Below, piece after piece: positions 47,701 through 57,292 of a DNA stretch of 64,000 bases; within the stretch, counting starts at the first letter, position 1, and each line of letters opens with the position of its first letter. A program made the position numbers and the translations under genes. The stretch spans positions 10,604,001 to 10,668,000 of the forward strand of contig OZ076409.1 of NCBI GenBank assembly GCA_964187785.1, written 5' to 3'. This stretch comes from Amphiscolops sp. MND2022. Lineage: Eukaryota. Under the pieces are notes generated by a model. That model did not search any database. It saw only the letters and a list, made by a program, of their open reading frames with translations, and had not been told where the DNA came from.

Positions 47701-49575
47701 GGCTAATCACTCTGTGGTCTAACTGTGGGTTCAGTAGCTTTCATGTGGCTGTTGGGCAGGGGCGCGTGACTGGCACGGTCACAATGTGTTCTCTAGAAGG
47801 GATCAGTCAGTACTGTGTCTTCAGTTTTTGTCTGTCTCAGGATTGGGAAAAACGAGTTGTCACGTGGATGATTAACATGTGGTGTTGTTTGCTTGGAGAA
47901 CCTGTTCCACTTGGACTGTGTTGCGATGCGTTGCCACAGCTGGGTGGACTGTTCCAAGCCGCCACTGGCGTTGGGTCACTGGAGTTGAAGACGCTGTCAT
48001 TGTGTGAGATCAGTCGGACAATTGTGGACGTGGGAGGGCGGGCGCTCGGCGGGACTGATATTCATGTGGTGCTGAATCATCTGCAGAAAAGACTGAAAGG
48101 ATATGTCAGGGATCCTCTGTTGTTGAGCTGCCCTCATCTGTTGCAGGTCGGTGTAGTCTTCCGCTTTTATTTGAGTGTTACTATGAGTTGTACTCTTTGT
48201 CTGTTTCTGTTGTTTGTATATTGGTAGTAGTTTGTATTGTAATATTTTGTTTTATCTATGTGGAGCTTGTTATGTTTTGTTTAGGCGATTTTATCCGGGG
48301 AAGTCTACGTGTGGACTCTTGCTGATGTGTGCGATGAATTACGTGCCAATTGGGCAGAAGTGCTGTGTCTAGTTCGATTCGCTTCGGGAGACGGGCCAGT
48401 AGATGCGTTGGATCTTACTTTGAGGGTGGAGTTCGGGATCCCAATCAGGCTCCGGGCACTTAGTATGGTCTATCGTGCTTGTTAGTATGTTGTATACTTA
48501 CCGGGTGGGAAGTTTCTGTAGTTGGCCGTTTTTACGTATTCGAGTGTTTAATCAATTCGCATTTTTCGGGAAGGGAACGGGGGGGGGGTTAGTCCGATTA
48601 TTTACTGTGTATAGAATTGTTGTGTTTTTCATTTCAGTAGTGACGTCGTACGAAAAGAGTTTCGGGTCTTCATCATTGCGGAGTTGCTACTGGGCGATCG
48701 AGAGTGCATTCTTTGTGAAACGCCTGCTGACTCTACTGGTTGACGAAGAGAGCCTGCCCACTGATCTGGATATCCGTGGGTGGTTGTTTGTGGATGTAGA
48801 CAGTTATGTTGTGTCAGCGACTAAGTTACAAGCCCTTATCGCGAGTTTCAGCTCGGATGAGAATTTGACGGAAGATGTGGCTGTGTATGAAGAGGATGTG
48901 TCCCGAGTGCCTAATTTCTTATTGTCTATCGTCAGGAACGTATTATTGCTACCAGGGATTCGTGACGATCTTGCTTTCGTGCGAAGTGTCTTTAGTTCAC
49001 CCAGACTGGTTTGTGTGGCGGAAACTGATCTTGTGGCGGAAATTCGCAATTTTACTGGTTTACTTGTGGAAATGGGGCGGATCAGTTTAGTCGAACAGGA
49101 TCGAATGGAGCTCGGATTTCTGGAATTTATAAGGGCTTTTCGGTGCGAGCCTAGGCCAGCTGGGGCGACTGCCGAGTATTCAGCCGTTGATCTGTTGCGT
49201 TGCTGTTCCAGTCGCGGGTCACAGAGTCTGTTACAACTTGTCTTTTGCCTGGGAGGGGTGGTGCAGAGCACTTGCAATACCATATGCGAAGGGATCGGGC
49301 ACCTGCCGAGCGATGTCATGAGCTGTGTGTGTGCAGTAATCTCTGGTTATTTGTCTGCTAATCATGTGCGAAGTTACGGTAGTGTCAGTGGGCCACTGAT
49401 GGAAGAAGTGATGGAGTCGCACAGAAGGCTCGTCGATCTATCAGAGATTACAGAGGGCATGTTGTGGGACGACGTCGGTATCGTGGCTGGGGAAGATTAT
49501 CGTCTCCAGTTATATGCTAGTCTTGGTTACGATGTGACCGGGGAGCGGGCTGCCAGTCCCGAGATTGGAAACTGA
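44798..49575 (+). CDS. Antisense accessory gene of element C; predicted exons 44798-44849, 44927-45082, 45152-45277, 45579-46232, 46910-47469, 47661-48146, 48285-48480, 48638-49575 (1055 aa if exon 4 joins exon 5; otherwise a 330-aa gene ending at 46237 plus a second gene)
   Basis: All seven introns are GT-AG with pyrimidine-rich acceptors and matching phases (1,1,1,1,0,0,1). No in-frame stops. C-x2-C-x16-H-x5-H zinc finger in exon 5. AATAAA at 49676. Confidence 0.8.
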
Positions 49576-49675
49576 CTTATTAACTGTTTATGTTGTTCAT
49601 TGTTTTGCTATATAATTTGTTGTATTTACATATTAGTGTAGTTATTCATATGTTGGGAGACCCATGAAAAAGGTC

Positions 49676-49681
49676 AATAAA
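49676..49681 (+). terminator. Probable polyadenylation signal of the antisense gene
   Basis: AATAAA 100 nt after the TGA at 49575. Confidence 0.55.
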
Positions 49682-52198
49682 TGGAAAGCACAGTAATGAC
49701 CATAGTGCGAATGATACAAATCCAGATGCTACGGCGGAAAGATCGGTAGTAGTGTGTTTACAACATTAGTTATTTTGGTGCCCAACAGCTGTTTTTCTTT
49801 TGAGTTGTTAGTGATAGTTACAGAGGATATTAAGTACGTGTAAATCAACAAGTTCGTCCAACAGTTCACTTGAAGCATTGTCTTCGGTATTTTTGTATCA
49901 TAGATCATCGGTCGCGCATCGCGTTTATGGTGTTCATCGTTATTACATCTCGTGGTAGTGTAAGTAACTCGTCAGCGTTTGATCTTTGATTTTTCATCTC
50001 ATTTTCATCACGTTTTCCTCGGTCGACCAAGCGACGTCGTGAAAACTGTTTTTGTCATCGTTTTTACATCTTTCGGTGCGTCAGAAACATTGCATGTTGT
50101 TACATGTGGTTTTTCTACGTATTTCATCATTTTTTCATCTTGCGTTTGATTTGAGCACTTTCGTGCGTTTTTTGCTATAGTTCATCGTTTTTGCATCGCA
50201 AGTTTGTCTTGTTCAGTTTCTGCTCATTTTGCTGTATAGTTCATCTTCTTTTCATCGTGCGTTTGAAATGTACGGATTTTTGCGTGTTTTCGATGTTATT
50301 TGGCTATAACGTAAGCGGGGGTTGCATTTTTCGTGTCCGGAGGAAATTTTTATTAATATTGCGGTGTTTCGGATTGTTTTCTTCATGTATTTTAGCGTTA
50401 TACGGTTATAACCATTTGTCGTGTTTTTGAATTTGCATGAATTTTATGGTACATGTGTTTTAATCATCGTCGTCATGTTTCTAATTTGTCAACTTCGGAA
50501 CGTCATCGCATGTATTTTTAGTTCGAATTCTGGTGACCGCCGCTTGCGTGGCAGTCGAAAATAAGTTCACTCAGCAGTGGTACTGATAGCCTGTAGGCGT
50601 GCAAGGTACTAGTGGCTTCAGTCCAGAGCTGGGTGAGTGGAGCTGCTCCGCTCCTTTCAGATAAATGGAATCTCGTAGTTTCGGGCTATATATAGTCTAT
50701 ATGTCATTTTTTCGGTCGGTTGTTTGCCATTATTCGTCGAAATGGGTTTGTCCATTTGACGGTCAGTCCGATCAATCAATGTGATTGACATCTACGGTTA
50801 TGCATGTGTCCAGTTTTAGACTATCTGTTTCTTGTATTTGCATGTATGGATGGTTACATGATGTGCTCTTTTAAATGGGTTGCCCCATTATTGACATGTC
50901 GTTATATGTTCGGTGGTAGTTTCATGTTTTCTAATTTTATTTTCGTTCATTTGGACAGGGCTTTGTCGTCACAAAGCCCCTACAAAACTAACTGAGAATC
51001 CACTAGCCGCTGGATAACCAACGCAGCAAGCTTCATCCGAATATGGTTGTGAGCTCCCCGCCTCAACTAACCAGCACTCTTTTCAGAGAAATGCCAGCCA
51101 GCACGAAGGAATGATTTTAGTTTTTCGGTAGGGGTGTTTTGTATTTTATGAGCTGATGTTTACTGGGGGGTGCTCACTCCTTTATTAGTTTTGTAGGTGT
51201 TTCGTCAGTTCTTATATTTTGCATGTAAGTTAGTAGACTTCATGTATTTTCGATTGTTTGTTTCATTTTTATTCGTCTAGGTTCGGATGGTTTTGGTGTG
51301 AATTGCATATATTATCTCATTCATTTTTGAACGGTACATGTATATTTCCGTGCGTTGCTCATTTGTATTGCATGTAGTTTGGAATTGTTAATTGCTTTCG
51401 TGACGTCATTGATTTGGCAGGTCTTTGAACTTTACATGTATTGATCATTTCATTTTTGTGTCGCATAATTTCGTTGCATGATTCGAAATAAGGTCGGTTG
51501 TTTTTTATCGTTTCGTGGAGTTACATGTTGTTTGCGAATTAGCTGATTTATTGTGATGTTATGTTGATGGTGTTTCCCATCACAAAGAGGTGTTGGTAAG
51601 TCATTTAATATTTTCGAATTTCCATTTAGACTAAATTCATCGTTTTGACATCCTCCAGCGAAGCTAGAGTATTGTGTCAGGTTAACGATAAATTCGGTCG
51701 CGATTTGATGGTAGTGTCCATCACAAATTCATCTCGTTAATTGATTTCATGTAATTTATGAATAATTGGATCGAGTTCATCGTTATTTCATCCTCTGGCC
51801 GAGCTAGAGTCTTATGATAGCATGAACGTGAGTGCGTTCGCATTCTGATGGTATTTCCCATCTCAAATGCATCGTTAGTAAATATTGCATGTTGATTGGT
51901 CTATTTTTTGACTGAGTTCATCACTTTTTCATCTCTCGTGTGTCTGAGTTAAATTTTCGTGTGGTTTCATCCTTTTTTCATCTCAAATTTTGTGTGTTGT
52001 TTTTTCTGGTTTTTTGATCGTTTTTCATCCGTTTTACATCTCGTTTTGTTTGTATGCGGTTTTCATGTGATTTTTAGTAACTTTTCATCCATTTTACATC
52101 TTCATGTACTTTTTAAGTTAAAATTGCATGTAATTCGTTCGTTTTTGTGATTTGTTCATCCGTAACACATCTCAGATTTAAAGTGAAACTTTTCTTGG

Positions 52199-55100
52199 CT
52201 AAATCGTTACGTCTATTTTGTTGGTCTTTCTCAGTGCGTTTCTAGCTGAAGTAATCTCATGAATGAGGAAGTCTGGATACGTTTTCGGTGTAGGGTTCTC
52301 ACGTAACCTGTACCTACTTTGATTTGATCTAGACGGTCTAGAACTCATCCTTTCTTCATTTTCGTTTTGCGTGTTTGTCTGTTGTGACTGGTTTTCGTGT
52401 TGTTCGTCTCTCAGAGGTACTCTTATCCTACTTTCATCGCGGGGAGGCGGTAGAATAATTTCTTCTCGCGTTCCAAATCTAACTGTAGGTGGTCTAAAGT
52501 TGTTGTGATCAGTTTCTACTTGCTGATAGTCTATCCTCGTGGTTATTTCTGGTGGAATTACTTGTGGAGTGTGTTGTTCTTGTACCCGAGGAATTGTTTC
52601 TTCTGAAGGCTCTTTTTCGACCAAGTCTTGATCTAGATTGTCATTCTCATCCTGATCTACTTCGTCGGTCATCGGAATATTCGAGTCGAAAATGTCCGTG
52701 TCTTCAACCCTTTCGGTATCTGGGTAGAGATGTTTGGACATGTTGATGTCGTCAATCGGAAATTCCGGTTTGAACAATCTCAGTCGCATGCGATGTACGC
52801 ACTGAGTTTGGTGTGTGCCTACTTTGCGGATGATGTAGTTGCTATCGGATAGCAGTTTAATCACCTTGTACGGTCCTTTCCAATGGAAAGTTTTAAACTC
52901 TTCTTTGCTTCTCTGAGAGTCGTACTTAGGGTCTAGTAGGAACACAAAGTCATTCACCTTCAGTGGCTGTGCTCGTGCTTTTCTATCATAGTACGTTTTG
53001 TACTTGTGATAGGCGGAAATGATGTTGTCTAGATTGTCTCTGAAGATAAAATTCATTTTGTCTAGAATTTCGTTCACGTCTTTGCACTTTGTTTCAGCCG
53101 GTTTGTTTGCGTTTCGGAATTGCAGATCTAGTGAGTTGTATGGTGTTCTTCCGTGGAAAATTTCGGTTGGTGAGCATTTCAGTGAATCATGATACGTTGT
53201 GTTATGGGCCATGATTGCTATGTCGACATAGCGGTCCCATTGTGGTCTGTCTGCGTTTACACTAATCTTAAGGATCTTTTTCAGTTTCGCGTGCGTTCTC
53301 TCCACCATGCCTATTGTCTGCGCGTGCTTTATCGTGGCATGGGAGATGTGAATATTAGCCGCTTTCGCGATTTCAGACAGAAGTTCAGCCGTGAACGCCG
53401 TGCCTTTGTCGGTCAGAATGTGTTTGGGCACATACGCGTGTTTTGTGAAGATCGACAGTAGTCCTCTGACTACGGAATGTGTGTCAGGTCTCTTCAGCGG
53501 AACGGCGAACAGGTAGCGCGAAAAAACGTCAACAGCCGTCAGAATGTGTGTAAAACCGTTCGATGCCGGGAGTGGACCAACGATGTCTATTTCCAGCAGG
53601 TCTTCTGGTCCGTCGCACGGGTCGTAGATTTTTTGTAACGGTGGACGTAGTTGCGTTTCTTTTACACTTTTAGACTTCATGCAGTTTTCACATCCGTCAA
53701 GGACTTTTTGAACTTTATAGGCTAAGTTAGGAGAGTAATATCTTTTACGAAGTTCATACAACATTTTCTTTAAACCAGGGTGTCCTTGTACCGGGCTGTT
53801 ATGTAGAGTCCTAATTATTTTCAAAATACAGTCTTCAGGAACGACTAACTGCTTATGAGACTCTAGTCCCGTGTGGTCAAAAAACTGTCTGTACAAGACA
53901 CCGTTTACAACTTGTAGGCGTTTTCGATTTTTGTACAACTTTTGAAAAAACTGGTCTTGCATGTTAACTGGGTGTTGCAAAATTTCAGTACCTTCTAAAA
54001 ATCTAATCATTTTTTGGATAACCCAGTTATTTTTCTGGACCTGAATTAGATCGATCCCCTCGGCGGGGCTAACCTGACTCATTACCGGGTGTGATAATGA
54101 TACTTTACGGATGAATTGCGAGAGTTGAATCGGCTCGTCCACGTCTGTGAGGCGGTACGTCAGATGGTTGTCAGTCGCGAAGTCATCTGAGGCCGCAGTT
54201 CTCTCACAGTTGGTGAACTTCATCCCTTTCCCATCGTCATGAGCCACGTCAGTGCCAGTTGCCAATTTCATCTCTTTGACATCCTTCTGGCGTTTGCATC
54301 TGAGTGGTTCGCTCGCGGGGAAGTAATCAGGCTCGTCTTCCTCCTGTTTTGGTGTACGGGAGGCGATGTCGATCTCGATCCTGTGAATTGGAATAGTATC
54401 AGTCAATTTTAAATGTACACGGTCTTCAGGTCTAATCTCAAGCCGAGATAAGTAATCCGCTGCGGGATTTTCAACTCCTGGAACATGTGCTAATAGAAAA
54501 TTGAACTGAAGGGTTTGATCGCAAAAGTTCCAAAGTGAAGGCGGGATATGCTTCGCCTGGAAAAATCTAGTCAAGGCCTTATTGTCAGTCATAACAATGA
54601 TGGGTTTTTTCGCACCCCACAAAATGTGGCCAAATTCATCGAATGCAAAGTGCATAGCTAAAAACTCTTTGGCATACATTGTTAGAGACATCTGGCCGCC
54701 CTGAAATTTCTTAGAGCCAAATGCAACAGGGGCGTATGTATGTTTGACTGACGGGTCTGCATAATCCTCGATTAACAACACATAGCCTGCAGCGTGTTCG
54801 CTGGCGTCACACATGATTACCAGTTGTTTATCTGGTAATGGCAATTTCAGAGACACTTTTGTTGCTTTTAACAAACTTTCATTAATTTCAAAAATAGCAT
54901 CTTTATGTTGTTGGTTCAGCTTGAAAGGGACGTCTTTCTTGATGAGTTCCTGTAAACAACAAGTTTTATCAGCTAGACGGGGAATGTAAGACCTGTAAAA
55001 GTTCACAAAACCAAGATAACGTTGCAACGCTTTCACTGAATTGGGGGGTTTCAACTTCGTTAAATAGTCTGTTACGCGTTTTTCAATGGGAGCAATACCA

Positions 55101-57292
55101 GTGCTAGAAATGGTTTTTCCCAAGTACTCAATTTGTTTTTGTCCAAATTCACATTTACTCATGCTAAGTTTAAGACCAGCTTTTTGCAATTGTTGAAAAA
55201 CAAGTTCAAGGTTGGTAATCAATTCTTCGGGTGAGTGTGCTGCAATTCCAATATCGTCAACGTATTGGGCACAGCGGTCCGCTTTGACCAGGGGGTCCAA
55301 ATACTCACGGATTACTCCTGTAAATGCTGACAAAGAACGATTAAGACCTTGTGCTAGACGTAAAAATGCAAAAGTTCTAGATCCAAAATTAAACGATAAC
55401 AGTTGGACAGATTGCTCATCGGCCATTGGAATGCAATGGTAGGCCTGGGAACAATCAAGTTTGCAGAAGTACTTTTTCCCGGCCATGTGTTGGGCAGCGT
55501 CAGCAATTGTTGTTACGGGATGATTGTGCTCACCGTAATCGTTTTTGATCAGGTGGTTTATTCTTCTCAAGTCAACTAAAATCCTCAATTTACCATTAGG
55601 TTTACGCTGAGCAAATATCGGGGAAGAGTATTTGCTGTGAGGCAAAGTAGTTATAATCCCGTACTCTTGCATTAGGGCTAACTCCACGAGCAAATCGTCC
55701 TTCAAATTTGTCGGAGTCGGGAGACTTTGTGAATAAACAGGTTCTTCATGTTGAGGTGTTAACTTAACTTTAAAATCAGTGTTCATGCCAATATCAAAAC
55801 GGTGTCTAGCAAAAATGGAGTTGTACTTTACCAGCAACTCCTCTACCTGTAACCGTTGAGACGGAGTAAGAAGCGAGTCGTCCCAGTTGAAGTTCTTCAG
55901 GAAGTTCATCCGTTGTTCATCGGATTGGGACGGGTCAAGCTTCTCGAGCTCTCGCAGTGCCAGAATCTCATCATAAATCCGTCGCTCAATTGCGTTGAGT
56001 TTGTCTGGCTCACTGCACGTCTCGGGAGTTGGGTACCACTTGGTTGACTTCATTTCAGGGTTCACAAACAGTTGGTTGATCACTGCTTCGGCTTCATCTG
56101 GATACTTGGTGATCAAGTTCAAGTGTTCCACTGGCATGGGCGTGATGTTTGCCGCCTGGTGTGGTGTCGGGATGCGAAAGTGTGCCAGAGTGGTGTTGGC
56201 TTCAAGTGTGTACGTGTGGTTGTTTGGGTTGGTGACCTGGATTGTCGTCTTGCCCTCGTCTAGGTCAACCAAAGCTGGAGAAACAAGCAAACACGTCTTT
56301 CGCATGAATCCAGGTGAGCCCTCAACTGTACCAGTTGTAAGTGAGATGTCCGCGTCACTGTGGACCTGTATCATCACTTGATGGAGAGGAGGGATCACTG
56401 TTCTAGTACTGGAACACAAATCAATTAAACCAGTTTTGAATCTGTTGTTCTTTTGCTGTCTAACTTGCATGGACATCATGTGATTAGGGAAGTGGACAAG
56501 GTGGTTTTTGATGTCTAAGTTGACTGAGTACTTTTCAAAAAAGGACATTCCAATTAAAATTGTTCCCATTGTTGGAAGGATTAGGAACGTTTCTTCGAAT
56601 ACTTTTCCAGCAACGTAAAATCTAAGTAAGACTTGCTTACGCACTGGGACTAAGTTCCCGTTTGCTATTTGAATTTTGAAATTCGGAGGGGGGAATTCTT
56701 GAAGGATGGCTTCTGGATGAGCCGTTGTTATTTTTCGCAGTTCGGCTTCAGACATTGCACTTTGTATTGCGCCTGTGTCTAAAAGTGCGCTGTTTTCGTA
56801 TTTGTCAAACTGAAGAGGGACGTACAGCATTTTATCTTTCTTGTTTAAATGTAAAGTGGGACTGAGAACGTGAATTTCTGTTTTAATTGCATGTTTTTTA
56901 GTTTTTGAAACGTTAATACTACTCTGTTTTGCATGTTTTTTAATACTAAGCCGTTTGTCGATTGTTGAGTGTGAAGTCGAGTCGTCGTCTAGATGGTGGG
57001 TTTCCATCTCTTTGGCATCTTCCACCTGCCTCATGGTGTTTGGTTGCCAGTTCATCGTTTGTTCATCGTTGATTTCAGCGAGTGGAGAAAAACGGCTGCC
57101 GTTGAGTTGACTTGCATTTCTCATCGCTTTTTCATCGTTGGAAAGTCTTCGCTGATAGACGTCGTCAGCTTTTGGTCGATTGTCCAGTGAAGGCTGCCAT
57201 TTCTTCATTGGACGGTCGTGTGTAGTCGGTTGAGTCGAAAGTCGTTGGTCGCGCGTTGTGTTTCTAGCGGGCGGAAATCGTGGCGGAATCAA
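52199..57292 (-). CDS. pol: Pol of element C (PR, RT, RNase H, IN), probably expressed by -1 frameshift from gag
   Basis: LLDTGA, YVDD, CDASEHAAG, H...H...CENC, DIVGP/TDKG/VER, WKGPY; uninterrupted 1697 codons. Confidence 0.97.
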   Translation of the reverse strand: MIPPRFPPARNTTRDQRLSTQPTTHDRPMKKWQPSLDNRPKADDVYQRRLSNDEKAMRNASQLNGSRFSPLAEINDEQTMNWQPNTMRQVEDAKEMETHHLDDDSTSHSTIDKRLSIKKHAKQSSINVSKTKKHAIKTEIHVLSPTLHLNKKDKMLYVPLQFDKYENSALLDTGAIQSAMSEAELRKITTAHPEAILQEFPPPNFKIQIANGNLVPVRKQVLLRFYVAGKVFEETFLILPTMGTILIGMSFFEKYSVNLDIKNHLVHFPNHMMSMQVRQQKNNRFKTGLIDLCSSTRTVIPPLHQVMIQVHSDADISLTTGTVEGSPGFMRKTCLLVSPALVDLDEGKTTIQVTNPNNHTYTLEANTTLAHFRIPTPHQAANITPMPVEHLNLITKYPDEAEAVINQLFVNPEMKSTKWYPTPETCSEPDKLNAIERRIYDEILALRELEKLDPSQSDEQRMNFLKNFNWDDSLLTPSQRLQVEELLVKYNSIFARHRFDIGMNTDFKVKLTPQHEEPVYSQSLPTPTNLKDDLLVELALMQEYGIITTLPHSKYSSPIFAQRKPNGKLRILVDLRRINHLIKNDYGEHNHPVTTIADAAQHMAGKKYFCKLDCSQAYHCIPMADEQSVQLLSFNFGSRTFAFLRLAQGLNRSLSAFTGVIREYLDPLVKADRCAQYVDDIGIAAHSPEELITNLELVFQQLQKAGLKLSMSKCEFGQKQIEYLGKTISSTGIAPIEKRVTDYLTKLKPPNSVKALQRYLGFVNFYRSYIPRLADKTCCLQELIKKDVPFKLNQQHKDAIFEINESLLKATKVSLKLPLPDKQLVIMCDASEHAAGYVLLIEDYADPSVKHTYAPVAFGSKKFQGGQMSLTMYAKEFLAMHFAFDEFGHILWGAKKPIIVMTDNKALTRFFQAKHIPPSLWNFCDQTLQFNFLLAHVPGVENPAADYLSRLEIRPEDRVHLKLTDTIPIHRIEIDIASRTPKQEEDEPDYFPASEPLRCKRQKDVKEMKLATGTDVAHDDGKGMKFTNCERTAASDDFATDNHLTYRLTDVDEPIQLSQFIRKVSLSHPVMSQVSPAEGIDLIQVQKNNWVIQKMIRFLEGTEILQHPVNMQDQFFQKLYKNRKRLQVVNGVLYRQFFDHTGLESHKQLVVPEDCILKIIRTLHNSPVQGHPGLKKMLYELRKRYYSPNLAYKVQKVLDGCENCMKSKSVKETQLRPPLQKIYDPCDGPEDLLEIDIVGPLPASNGFTHILTAVDVFSRYLFAVPLKRPDTHSVVRGLLSIFTKHAYVPKHILTDKGTAFTAELLSEIAKAANIHISHATIKHAQTIGMVERTHAKLKKILKISVNADRPQWDRYVDIAIMAHNTTYHDSLKCSPTEIFHGRTPYNSLDLQFRNANKPAETKCKDVNEILDKMNFIFRDNLDNIISAYHKYKTYYDRKARAQPLKVNDFVFLLDPKYDSQRSKEEFKTFHWKGPYKVIKLLSDSNYIIRKVGTHQTQCVHRMRLRLFKPEFPIDDINMSKHLYPDTERVEDTDIFDSNIPMTDEVDQDENDNLDQDLVEKEPSEETIPRVQEQHTPQVIPPEITTRIDYQQVETDHNNFRPPTVRFGTREEIILPPPRDESRIRVPLRDEQHENQSQQTNTQNENEERMSSRPSRSNQSRYRLRENPTPKTYPDFLIHEITSARNALRKTNKIDVTI

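Noticed and set aside
45715..49319. Minus-strand ORFs 45715-46179 and 48804-49319 as a possible env
   Set aside because: Antisense shadows of the spliced plus-strand gene; no signal peptide or TM segment.
50520..51120. GC-richer patch with splice-like sites and TATATATA inside element C
   Set aside because: No frame stays open after the candidate acceptor; a non-coding transcript cannot be supported from sequence alone.
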